Shown piece by piece: positions 13,101 through 25,554 of a DNA stretch of 64,000 nt (the first letter of the stretch is position 1; every line of letters begins with the position of its first letter). The stretch is taken from the NCBI RefSeq assembly GCF_006345805.1, contig NC_043006.1:72788001-72852000 (forward strand), read 5' to 3'. Origin of the DNA: Octopus sinensis (lineage: Eukaryota). Made by a program: the position numbers and the translations under genes. The notes beneath the pieces are model-generated. The model worked only from the letters and a program-made list of their open reading frames with translations, was not told where the DNA came from and did no database searches.

Positions 13101-14017
13101 GTTGTAACTAACCATCAGTCATACAAGCGATGTTGTTTGATTCTTGTCTCCTGTGAAAAATATGTCTGACCATGGGAAATATTACTTGGCTTGGAAACTG
13201 GTGAGGAATTGCATCTGGCTAATAAAAAAATCTGCATCAAATACTGTCTGACCATGCAAGCATGGAAAAGTGAACATTAAAATAATGATGATGTACCACA
13301 GATATGTGGAACATTCAGTTAGCCACTTGGATGTTAAATTTAACATGCAAGCAATCAACTTGATTAAACAGCTGAATAATTGTCATTGAAGCTGGTGGCT
13401 GATCTATCACCATATACTAATTTACATCCATTTTTCTCAGTGTTTGCTTTAGTAAGATGACTTGTTTGTTAGATCAGATTGTTTGTACAGCTGGTGACCT
13501 CTCCTAGCCTCCTGTTTGCTAACCTAACTGTTCAACCATGAAGTGGGGGTGTTGTTTGCTTTTTGATCTGCAGGGCAATCAAACAAGGGAAATATATATA
13601 TCCTCATTGCTTAAGAGAAGGTGTGTGCATGTGTGTATTTATTTATATATATATATGTATATGTATTATATATGCTTCCCAACCATGCCGTCCTAGGCTC
13701 AATTTTACTATGTGATACCATAGGCAGGTATCTTCTACTGTAGCCTCAAACCTACCAAAACTTTGTGAGTGGACTTGATGGATGGAAACTGAAAGAAGCT
13801 CAATGTGTGTGTGTTTTTCCGTCTGTCCAGCTATAGACAGATGGACAGACATTAGCAATCAGGAAGGGCATTTGGTTATAGAAAATCTGCTTCAACAAAT
13901 TCCATCTGACCAATTTCAAGCATGAAAAGTGGACATTAAAAATGGTGATGATGATGAATAATAGTAATAATATAATAATTTCTATGATTTCTAACATGTT
14001 TGAAGCTATCATTTTTA

Positions 14018-14228
14018 TTTTACTTGTTTCAGTCATTTTGACTGTGGTCATGCTGGAGCCCCACCTTTAGTTGAACAAATCAACGCCAGAACTTATTCTT
14101 TGTAACCCTAGTACTTTTGCAGAACCACTAGGTTACGAGGACATAAACACACCAACATCGGTTGTCAAGCGAGTGTTGGGGGACAAGCACAGACACACAA
14201 GCAAACAAACAAATATATATATATATAT
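14018..14228 (-). mobile_element. 3' half of a family A SINE, split from its 5' half (16385-16535)
   Basis: tttacttgtttcagtcatt...gggacaagcacagacacac...(TA)n matches intact copies such as 51161-51534. The rest of the SINE resumes at about 16385. Confidence 0.8.
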
Positions 14229-14229
14229 A

Positions 14230-16024
14230 CTAGCTGAAGGTGACCCGCTCTACGCACGGGTAAGAGTGTGGTTGTTACTTTCTGTTGCTTCCTTTCAGCA
14301 CGTAAAAAGCACCATCCGAACGTGGCGGATTGCAGCGCCGCCTTGACTGGCTTCTGTGCTGGTGGCACGTGAAAAGCACCAGCCGATCGTGGCCGTTGCC
14401 AGCCCCCCTGGCACCTGTGCCGGCGGTACGAAAAAAGCACCCACTACGCTCACAGAGTGGTTGGCGTTATGAAGGGCATCCACCAGTAGAAACACTGCCA
14501 GATCAGACTGGAGCCTGGTGCAGCCTCCTGGCTTCCCAGACCCCGGTCAAACTGTCCAACCCGTGCTAGCACGGAAAACGGAGGTTAAACGATAATGATG
14601 ATGATGATTCTCCCTCTTTGTTTCTCTCTCACTTTCCCACTCTCTTACTCTTCCTTTCTCTCGGACTCTCCCTCGCTTTCTCTTACTCTCTATCTTTATC
14701 TATCTCTCTCCCATTTATAAACAACAAAAGATCTTGAGTAAGTTGAGAAATAAAATATTTAGAAAGATCAATCATAAATATCAGGCAGTAACAACGGAAA
14801 GGTCTGCTTCAAGGCAGACAGCAAAACACTAACATTTAAAAGGGACAGACGAACTTGCAAGCTGAATAAAAATAATGAAATATTGGAAACCAAAGTTCGA
14901 AGGGATAGAATCTGAGGGTAGTAGAGTCAGCATGGCTGGCATTTCTTAACGACGGACAGCAACATTTTGACAGTTTAACGGCTGGCGTAAAATCATGGAC
15001 GGCAACACATTGACGATTAAAAGGCTGGCGCAAATTTTTTAGCTTGATGTAACAGAGAATTGCTAAACACCCGCTCCTTTAAATTTTAATCCCCTTCCAG
15101 CCCCATTTAGACCCCTTTTCACATTTTGGTTAATATAACGCGATTTCATTCGGGTGTACTGGGGCCACATTTTATAAGATGAGGAATTTTGTCCTAGAGG
15201 TCACGCCTTTCATTTGAGGAAAAAAAATAGTTGTCATGCAAACTTGCCAGCACTTTTAACATAGGTCTGCATCTATGTATGTGTGTGTGTGTATGTATGT
15301 GTATGTATGTGTGTGTATGTATATATTTCCATTGAGTCAACCTCATTATTTTCTCCATAGCAGACCGTTGCATAAACAGGCAAAGGTACATACATACACA
15401 CTCACACATACACACACACATACTTACACACACATACATAGATACATACACACACACATACATGCATACATACATATACACATACATGCATATACACGCA
15501 CGCACTACAAAAACCGAGTAAAAAATTTCAGTTATCTATCTCTTTCACACAGACATACATAAAAGAAGGCCGTTTGTATTAAATAGAGTGAGTATTGTGT
15601 GTTGGTGGTGGTGGCGATGATAATTATCATTAGGAAAAAGAGTGAGTGAGTGAGGAAGACATATACATAATTTGTAGCGATGATAATTCTCCCTATGAAT
15701 GCAGACAGATACATCAAAGAAAGCCGTCTGACGAACTTATAAAGGGAAAGTGAAAGGGAGTTGAGGGGAATACATTAAATAACAGGAGTGGCATTCTCAA
15801 AGTTATAAATGAAGGGGAGTAAGAGAGGGAAAGAAGGAAATAGCGTGAGTGAGGAAGATGGCCCCTAGCTACCACACCTTTCAAGCTAGGGATTTCTAAG
15901 GTAGCTCACGAGCATCATCACCTCATTCTACATGTCCCTGTAAATTTTGGAGCGAATCGGACGGGACGTAGTGGCATTGAAAGCGATCCAAGCGGTAAAA
16001 ACGCATTTCAGTTTTATATATAGA
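14230..16024 (-). mobile_element. Non-autonomous Helitron with both termini
   Basis: The minus strand begins A|TCTATATATAAAAC (16024) and ends with hairpin ACCCG-tgcgtagag-CGGGT, then 9 nt, then CTAG|T (14230). It sits between A and T with no TSD, the canonical Helitron signature. Confidence 0.8.
14297..14608 (+). mobile_element. RTE 3' UTR copy nested inside the Helitron
   Basis: cacgtaaaaagcacc units, gagtggttggcgttatgaagggcatcc and a (GAT)n tail. Confidence 0.85.
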
Positions 16025-16029
16025 TATAT

Positions 16030-16385
16030 ATATATATTAAGGTATGTAGAAAAATACAACATGGACAAGAACGTATAACTCATAGAAGACGATACAATAA
16101 ACATGGACAGGACATTCGAACCCCTCAGTCTTCAGTCAAGAACCGGATCATCGTAGTAATTTCGGCTGATTAATCTTGAGATTACTAGATCACGGCCAGC
16201 CCTCCAAGAAAAACTAAGCTGGAAGCGTAGATTTCCTGGAAGAAGGATCGAATGCATACGAACACCAGGACAGCAAAAGGGACAGATATAAAAAAAAACA
16301 AAAAACAATAATGGAATACAGAAACATGAAATACAGAAGCATTAACGGTGAAAACAACAAGTGTCTTACGACTGATAACAAGCAA
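16030..16385. repeat. Interspersed repeat fragment flanked by (TA)n, possibly Penelope-like
   Basis: CpG-rich block bounded by (TA)n on both sides and inserted in the SINE microsatellite. No coding motif recognised. Confidence 0.4.
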
Positions 16386-18268
16386 ATACAAATATATATA
16401 TATATATATATACATACACACACATATATACATATATATGACAGGCTTCTTTCAGTTTCTGTTTACCAAATCCACTCGCAAGGCTTTAGTCAGCCTGAGG
16501 CTATAGTAGAAGACACTTGCCCAATGTGTCACGCTGGGGGCTTGAAGATGGAGTTGATCATATCAACTCTAGAAGTTAACTGGGATTTGTTACATTGCAT
16601 CTAAAAAAATATAGAAGGCATTCAAATGTGGATGGATTTGAACGTGGAACTGAAAAACAAAAAATGGCTATAACTAAAAATCGCCATCCATTACTCTTAT
16701 TTGTCTTATTGGTAATTAGAGTTCTTAGTATTGAATTATCACTGGTATGTAGCTGGTACTTCTGTCGTTGATTCTGGTAAAGATAACTCACAGGATTTGT
16801 ACTCTTGAGAACATAGTACTTAGTGGTTGGTATTTATTTAGTCTAGCGCTCTAGCTAACCATTTCTGCCATTCCACTACCTTCTCCTTCCCATTTTGCTA
16901 TGTCTTAGGTATTTTCACAGAATGAAGTTCTGTATGTATGTATATCATCATCATCATCATCTTCGTTTAGCGTCCGCTTTCCATGCTAGCATGGGTTGGA
17001 CACACACGAACACACATGCCTATACATATAATATGTAATATGGCACATTGTGTGGGAGATTGAATTGTTAGTATTTCTAGGCTAAATTGTTTATAAAACT
17101 GCTGCAAAAATATTTAGCAGTTTGCCTGCTGTAACAGTTTCTTTATTCTTTGATTTATTTCTGTAGCATTTAGCAACATGTTATCTGTCTGTCTGTTGTC
17201 TATCTATCAGTTATCTGTCTATCTACCTGTCAATTATCTATTTTGGAAGATAAAAGAATATACTTTTCTACTCTAGGCACAAGGCCCGAAATTTTTGGGG
17301 AGGTGGGGGGCAGTTGATTAGATCGACCCCACTACACAACTGGTACTGAAAGGATGAAAGACAAAGTTGACCTCAGTGGAACTTGAACTTAGAATGTGAA
17401 GACAGACGAAATACCTATTTCTTTACTACCCACAAGGGGCTAAACACAGAAAGGACAAAGAAACGGATTAAGTCGATAATATCGACCCCAGTATGTAACT
17501 GGTACTTATTTAATCAACCCCAAAAGGATGAATCGGCAGAATTTGAACTCAGAACATAGTGGCAGATGAATTACCGCTAAGCATTTCGCCTGGCATGCTA
17601 ACAATTCTGCCAAGATAAAAGAATATAGCAATAACACTTGTATACTTAAATTTTTTTTTAAATCCTTGGACTGTGGCCATGCTGCTCACCACCTCGAAAG
17701 GTTTAATCAATCAAATCATCCTCATTACTTATTTTATGTGCATTACTCTCTACTCTGACACGACTCCTATGACTGGGACAGAATTGTTAGTTTTGAATTC
17801 AATGCCTTATATTTGTTATGACTCTGCACTCAGTGTTCAAATCTCACTGATATCAACTTTCCTGGTCATCATTAATATTGTTTTAATGTCCACTTTTCCA
17901 TGTTTTCATGAGTCATATGGAATTTGCTGAGGCAGATTTTCTATGGCTGGATGTCTCTCCTGTCACCAACCTTCACCTGTTTCCAGTCAAGGTAATATTT
18001 CCTCACCCTGGCTAGACATGTTTTACATGGAATACTGGAAACAAACAACCTCACTTGTATGATGGTAATGTCTAGACAAGGTTACACACAAACACATGCA
18101 TATATATACATACATGCATATATAAATATATGCATGCATAAGACATGTACAAGGTACCATGACATGGGTGGAAAGCAAGTTTCTTAACGACACAGCCCTC
18201 CTCCAAAGGTAACATAAGTATACACCTGTCTCTGTAACAATATATAATGTGTAAGAATAATTAATTAA

Positions 18269-18472
18269 CTCTTTAGTATTTAAACTGGCTATATCTGGCC
18301 AGTTTCATGTTCAAATGGGCCTTATCTGGTCTCTCACACATACCCTACAATATACTAAGAGTAAACAATCACATCATAGAAATCTCAAAGCTGCAAGATA
18401 ATGGATGATTACTTAAAAACAATGTGGATTTATAATTAGTATATTTGACTGGGTAATCTGAAAGCTAAAGGG
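18269..18472 (+). mobile_element. piggyBac-type MITE, family P2
   Basis: TTAA flanks, termini C(T)CTTTAG...CTAAAGGG. Other copies at 45733-45940 and 51597-51813. Confidence 0.8.
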
Positions 18473-18476
18473 TTAA

Positions 18477-18697
18477 CACTTTCATTACCAACTCGGCTGA
18501 AACCGGCTCTGGCTCTTTGGTACAAATGTCTTGTTTTCATAAGTTTTGAATTAAAATCTTCCACCAAACCTTAGTCACAATTTATGTTCCTAACACTAGC
18601 TGAATGATAACTAAGTTATTTTACTAAGTTCTTTGTTATATTTCAAGTAATTGAAAGAAACACAGAGCATCTCAAAATAAATACAGTAATGAAAGGG
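18477..18697 (+). mobile_element. piggyBac-type MITE, family P1
   Basis: TTAA flanks (18473-76, 18698-701), termini C(A)CTTTCATTAC...GTAATGAAAGGG. Same family at 30144, 32948, 55467 and 55710. Confidence 0.85.
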
Positions 18698-19309
18698 TTA
18701 ATGATGCATTGAACAAGTTCTCAGATTCATAACTGCTACCTCCCTCAAACAATACTAACATCCTCCATCTCTCCATTATTAATGAGAAGACAAATTATAT
18801 CCTGTGGCCTTATAATTTTTCTTACTTTGCCATGGTGTCAGACAAGTTTAAAAAGCTGAAAGCAATCTTAAATTTATTAAACATATTGACTTGTCAACCC
18901 CTTTTCAACCCACCCTCATAAGAAATACTGCAGCAAACAACATGAGCTGAATAATCTAAGATGTAAAACTATATCATACTCGATTTAGCCATGTGTAATC
19001 AAATACATGAAGACCTCCTCATGTATTTGATTACGCATAACAACGTTGGCTAAAAGCTACCCAGACGTAAGTTTACATTTCAAAGTCTAAGAACATTGCC
19101 AAATTCTAAACATTATAATGGAAGAAAATAAAGGAAGGAAAAAGAAAAACTTAAAAAAGATAATTGATGGCAGTAGTTGTGGAAGCTGATCTGCTGATCA
19201 AGCTAAAGAAATTAAGTTTCCATTGGTCTTTCCAACTTGTTGATTGGGTGGGATTTGAACTCAGAACGTATAGAGTTGGAACAGATACTATAAGACATCT
19301 TGTCCAATG

Positions 19310-20340
19310 CTCTAACAGTTCTCCAATCCATTTTGCTGGAATGCTACGAGATGCATTCCAAACTTTTGAGACTTTTCCAGAGTGCAGGTGCCCAGGACCC
19401 TTATCACAGGCTCCTTCATATTCTCAGTGTCTTCAAAACGACTGCCCCTGAGGTCTTTGTTCAGCTTGGGGAACAACCAAAAGTCTCAGGGCGCATGGTC
19501 TGGACTGCACAGAGAGTGAGGGATGGTTTTGATGATCATCTCTCTCAAGTAGTTAGTTATCAAGATAGAATTATGGCGGCAACCTGGCAGAATTGTTAGC
19601 ACGCCGGGTGAAATGTTTAGTGGTATTTTGTCTGTCTTCACATTACAAGTTCACATTTTGCCGAGGTTGACTTTGCCTTTCATCCTTTTAGGGTTGATAA
19701 ATTAAGTACCAGTTATGCACTGGGGTTTATGTCATCGACTTAATCCCTTTGTCTGTCCTTGTTTAGCCCCTTGTGGGCAATAACGAAATAAGGTAGGATT
19801 ATGGACTGATGCACTGTCCTGGTATAGGTGCCACCAAACTAAATAAAAGAGCTCTGGCCCTTTGCAGTGAAATCACTTCCTGGACTCCAGCAGATGTCCT
19901 TCCTTGCTATCGAAAAAGGGGGTTATCATTGGGTCTGGAGGAGCCACAATGCTTCCATTGGGCACTCTCTCACTCTCTGGATCATAACAGTAGGTCCAAC
20001 TTTTGTCACAGGTCACCAGAAACTCAAGTACTCTTGAATTAGAGGTAACAAACTCAACCATCTCTTTGCTGTACCAACTCACTGAAGACCCTAGGAACAA
20101 ACTTGGCACAAATTTTGCACATGTTTAGATCTTCATGAATAATTCTGTGTACAGTTGCCACATCAACTCTAAACTCTTATAGTCCTCATCTAGAAAATTG
20201 TGAGTTTTCTTTACCAGCTCTGATGTTCTGATGCCCCACTTCCACACCTCTCATCATCTCTCCTTTCATACAGACTTGTGCATAAAAGCACTTGTGTTAA
20301 TATTATTGACGGGTGATAACTGCCCACTATGACCGCTGGA
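19310..20340 (-). pseudogene. Decayed mariner (D,D34D-type) transposase remnant, interrupted by a SINE
   Basis: Minus-strand fragments: LNMCKICAKFVPRVF, FLVTCDKSWTYCYDPES, ITPFFDSK, KRPELFYLVWWHLYQDSASVHN, then after the SINE LITNYL..IKTIPHSLCSPDHAP*DFWLFPKL..DLRGSRFED. These correspond to the WVPRxL, TGDESW, HQDNAP and YSPDLAPxD motifs. Confidence 0.85.
19577..19793 (+). mobile_element. tRNA-derived SINE, family B, inserted in the mariner remnant
   Basis: ggcggcaacctggcagaattgttagcacg...gggcaataacgaaata, with an 11-bp TSD tagaattatgg (19566-76) / taggattatgg (19794-804). Confidence 0.85.
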
Positions 20341-21974
20341 ACTGCCAGATCATGTGATTTTTGCCTCTCTCCTTGGGCTTGTTAATGGCAGATGTTCAGT
20401 GAGATATAGCAGCCGATTCCCCCATTAACGACATAGAATATCAGTATCTATTCAAGCACCAATGTCGCAAATAATCTGTGGGTTTAATTAAAAAGTAATT
20501 AATAGCGACAGAAGCAGTATCAATATCAAAGGTAATACTTATCTCCCACTTAGTGTTGTGTTTGAACACAGAATATGTAATATATACACACACACGCACG
20601 CTTGATGGGATTCTTTCAGTTTCTGTCTATCACATCTACTTGCAAGGTTTTCGTTGGTCCGGGGTTATAACAGAAGACACTTTCTCAAAGTGCTGCACAA
20701 TGGGACGGAACCTAAGATGACAAGGTTGGGAAGCAAGCTTCTTAACAAAACAGCCACACTATGCCTGAAAAAAGAAAAAAATGTAAAAGATGGCCTTGAC
20801 CTATAAAGTAGATATATCATTATCTTTTTTTCTTCTGATATTGTTATGAGGCCATGGTTAAGAATACCATTTATCAAAGATACTCTAACCATGACCTTCC
20901 TATCTTTTTAAAAGGACACATTTGTGTCCTTTTATTAAGGTGGTAGAATGTAAGTCAAGGATAACTTAACTGCTATTGTCATTCCAATTTTGGTGAGGTG
21001 ATATTAAAAGTTCATAATTGGAGCACAATTTTGATCAGTTATCTCCTTGAGTAAAGCTGTGACCTGTGGCTTAACAATAACATAGAAAGATAAATGTTAA
21101 ATACTGTTGTTGTTTAGTCCCTGATTTAGCAGACCTATGATCAAAATGTAATTCAGGTCTTTATTTTTTTATGACCTATTGTAATTAGGGCTAATTATTA
21201 AGATGTGACCTCTTTTTATTTTGTGACAGTAGGATGTGATTTGAGAGATAATTTGGTTGCTGCTTTTAGCAACTGTTGGTGGGGGTGGGTCCATATAAGA
21301 TTTTTGGGAGTCCATGTAATAAAACAGTAAATTGGGGATTCACAATTTCAAGGGCCCCTGAACAAGTTTTGTTGATATGTATTGCAAGAAACAGGTTTCT
21401 TTTTTTAACATTTTATATAGTTCAACCTACATAAGTTAGTGTGAAAAAAAAATTGCTATTTCGAAAAAAGTTCCTGTAAAACTAGTTTTTAAACATTGAA
21501 TGGTCATGGGGGTCCACTAGAATAAAATAACCATTAAAGGGGTCCATGGGTAAAAAGTGGTTGAGAACCCCTGATACAGAGGACGGTCTGTTGGCTTTTA
21601 ATGATGGTGGTGATGACATAATGATAAATAAAACTAAGGTAATATTTTCCCCATGGCCAGACGTATTCTTGTGGAACATTGGAAATGAATGTTGCTGCTT
21701 ATATGAATGGCAATCATTCACAATTGTCATGTGATGTGATGACAAGGGGAGAGAAAGACACGCACGCATTCATTTTCATTGATGTGGTAAGAAGTTTGCT
21801 TCTCAACCACGTGGTTCAGGGTTCAGTCCCACTGCATGGTACCTTGGGTAAATATCTTCTCCTATAGCCTCGAGCTACATAAAGCCTTGTGAGTGGATTT
21901 GGCAGAGGGAAACTGAAAAAGCTCATCGTATATATTTGTGTTTGTATGTTTGTTTCTTTGTCTTGACATCTTTT

Positions 21975-22109
21975 GATAGTTGTAAAATGAATTCAGGTTT
22001 AGTCCCATTGCATGGTGCCTCGGACAAGTGTCTTCTACTATAGCCTCGGGCCAACCAAAACCTTGTGAGTGGATTTGGTAGACAGAAACTGAAAGAAGCC
22101 CGTTGTGTC

Positions 22110-22152
<43 letters not shown>

Positions 22153-22870
22153 TATATGTGTGTGTGTGTGTGTGTTTGTCCCCCCCACCATCGCTTGTCA
22201 ACTGATGTTGGTGTGTTTACATCCCTGTAACTTAGCGGTTCACCAATAGAGACCAATAGAATAAGTATTAAATTTACAAAGAAAAAGTCCTGTATTCAAT
22301 TTGTTCGACTAAAGGTGGTGCTCCAGCATAGCCGCAGTGAAATGACTGAAACAAATAAAAAAATAAAGCAGTGTCATTCATTTCCAATATTATGTGAGAG
22401 CACGTCTAGCTATGAAAAATATTACTTTGTTTGGAAACAAGGGTTGGTGACAGGAAGGCCATCCAGCCATCAAAAATCTGCCTCAAATAAAGTCTGTCTG
22501 GCCTATGCAAGCATGGAAGAGTGGGTGTTAAATAATGAAGATATGATGGAAGGATGATGTATACGAGGAGCTATGGTGGCAAGCTGGCAGAAACTGAAAG
22601 AAGCCCGTCGTATATATGTATGTGTTTGTCCCTCCAACATTGCTTGACAACTGATGCTTGTGTGTTTACGTCCCTGTAACCTAGCGGTTCGGCAAAAGAG
22701 ACCTGTAGAATAAGTACTAGTCTTACAAAGAGTAAGTCCTGGGGTTGATTTGCTCAACTAAAGGTGGTGCTCCAGAGTAACAAGTACTGGGGTTGATTCA
22801 TTTGACTAAAAATTCTTCGAGGTAGTGCCCCAGCATGGCCACAGTCTAATGACTGAAACAAGTGAAAGAT
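21975..22870 (+). mobile_element. Cluster of nested or abutting family A SINE fragments
   Basis: Repeated modules gtcccattgcatggtgcc, cttgtgagtggatttggtagac and taacttagcggttc, plus an RTE-type tail around 22440-22560. Confidence 0.7.
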
Positions 22871-23415
22871 AAGGCCTGTGACTGCAGTGGAAGACACTTG
22901 CCCAAACTGCTGTGCAATGGGACTCTAGTTTGGATGCAAACTTCTTAACTACGCAGCAATGCTTGAATAGATACATCAGCTATGTGGTGGATATGGTTAA
23001 TGTAAGTCCTTACTAATTAATATATTGAAGGTTATATTGAATGTTAAGTTTATGATTTGGTCTCTAACATTCTCTATTCCTTTATCCAAATTTGGGAAAT
23101 TCTGTATGATTGCTGAAATCCATCTTGACAAAATGTTATGTGAATTGATGTAGAAAAAGATAAGCTCATATACATGTGTGTGTGTGTGTGAGCTTATCTT
23201 CCTCCTTAGGCTTCAACATATTTGTATTTTTTCTTCATTTTCCTCTCTTGGTATTTGAGATTCTTTTTGATCTCTTTTTAACTCAAAGGTAATTAGTTTC
23301 AGTGCATAAATTTGCAAACACATACACACACACACACAATATATATAGCAAGGCCATGTAATGCATTTGTTAGGCTCCAGAGTAAAGGGGATTCATGACT
23401 TGCCTTTGACTTATG

Positions 23416-23456
<41 letters not shown>

Positions 23457-25554
23457 CATCATTTATTTCACTTCTGTTACTTGTGTTCTAAGGTAAGAAC
23501 TGGAATATCACACCCCCCCCCCCCCACTTCATCCACATTCTCTTCTGATGAAGCTAATTGAGGTGAATGGAAATTCTCTGATCAAAGAAAGCTGAGCAAT
23601 TGATTTCATTTCTGTCTAGTTTGTATGATTGATAAGTGCTTACTTCTTCCTTCTCTCTATTACTGTATGTTGTGTTATGTGTTTGTGTGTGTATATATAG
23701 ATATATATATGTATATAATTACATACACACATATAATTACATGTATATATATATATATATATATGAGAGACCCCTTAGGTCATGATTGACCATGGAATTG
23801 CACCTAGAAAGTTACCCTCTGAGGCACAAGTCTGGGCAAGGTTGTTTATGGAAGGCCAGCAGTTGCCCATACATACCAGCCTCCACTCTCCACACCACTG
23901 ATGTTATCCACACACACAGATTGATAAAATATGCGTGAAAAGGTAATTAAGGATCCATGCATTCAGGAAAAAAAAAGGTTATGAAAATATAAATTTAATG
24001 GCTTAACACCAAAGACATTATAAAATGTCCTTGTAATATGACATGCATAAATTAAACGCGTAATTATTCTTTTATCTATTTATTAATTTTTACATTTTCC
24101 ATCATATGTTTATGACTTGGTCATTAGTAATCTTGACTAAATCATCTGTCTGTTTTTATTGCTATCACCATTGTTATTTAATGTCTGTTTTGACATGGGC
24201 TGGAATCGTTTTGACAGGTGCTGGTAAGGCTGAGTTCCGCACCAGGCTCTGTTGTCTATTCTTGCATGGCTTCCATGGCTGGTGGCCCTTCCCAGCGCCA
24301 ACCACTTTGCTGAGTGTATTGGTGCTTTTTATGTGGCACAGCTAGCTATTTGTTTGTCCTGTCTCTATTTCTAGCTCTTCTGCTCACAGAAGTGGTGGCA
24401 GGGGCCCCGAAAAAACTGATCATTTGGATGTTTACATCTGAATAATAATGCTTTTACAGCTTGAAGAAAACTGAAGGTTTTGTTGCTCTGAAGTAAACAT
24501 CTGACTGATCATATGCACATTCTCTCATTCATCGGGATTCCTAGGTCAAGCTGTTAATACATACATACGTACACACACACAGGGAGCAAAAGCACATGGT
24601 CCCCACAAAGGACTTCAGTCTAAATGTAGTTATTGTAAACTTCTAAAGTGTGCATCGAGTAAATAAAAATTAGTCAAGTGTGAAAAAAACTGAATGGAAA
24701 ATAATGGCTTCTGAATTCCCCAAACAAAGAAGATGTGTGTATTTACCTTGTTGGTTATCATCTGGGACAGTAGGTAGATCTTCGGATTACGCCCAGTTGT
24801 TTGGCATGCTATCAGCATACCAAGACTCCACTCAGTCTGAACTAACTGAGGCTACATGATAACGTTCTCTCTTTGTATGTGTATGCATATTTAGGGGTGT
24901 GTGTGTGTATGTATATATCTATATATACCAGCCCATGCTAGCATAGAAAAAGAGATGTTAAATGATTATATATATATGTGTGTGTGTATGTATGTATGTA
25001 TGTGTATATATATGTGTTTGTCAGCCCTTGCTAGCATCGAAAAAGAGATGTTATATGATATATATATATATATATATATATATATGGTGTGTGTTGTGAT
25101 TAAGAAGTTTTCTGTCCAACCACACAGTGTTGAGGTTCAATCTCACTCTGTGGCACCTTGAGCAAATGTGCTGTATTGTGGCTTCTGGTTGACCAATGCT
25201 TTGTGACTGAATATCAGTATATAGAAACTGTATTGAAGCCCATTATATGTGAGCTCATGTCTTTTCATTGATTCTAAATGGGCAGTAGTTATGTTTGTCC
25301 CACAACTTAGTGATCCACTGCAAAGGTCAAGCAAATAAAGTACGCTGCTGAATATAAGTAAGAGTTGGCACCAAGAAAGATGTCTGGCTTCAGAATATTG
25401 CCTGAAGATGTCTCAGCCAATGTGTACCAGCATGGTAAAAGCATACATATAAATGATGATGATAATTGCAATATGAACTATGGTTAGTCTACATTATTCT
25501 GTAAGGAGCGCAGGGCTGGTTTTCTCAGTTTCTCTGGTGTATATATATAATATA

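Noticed and set aside
15194-15562. ORFs rich in Y/I/C/V/H/T (also 21862-22256, 56281-56604, 58223-58669, 60393-60701)
   Set aside because: Translations of (TA)n, (CA)n and (TG)n microsatellites.
15728-15750. CTGACGA...GAAA hammerhead-like core inside the Helitron
   Set aside because: No stem I/III pairing and no NUH cleavage triplet.
16108-16136. Minus-strand CTGAAGA...TCGAA(T) motif
   Set aside because: GAAA is broken and stem II is not formed; at best a relic.
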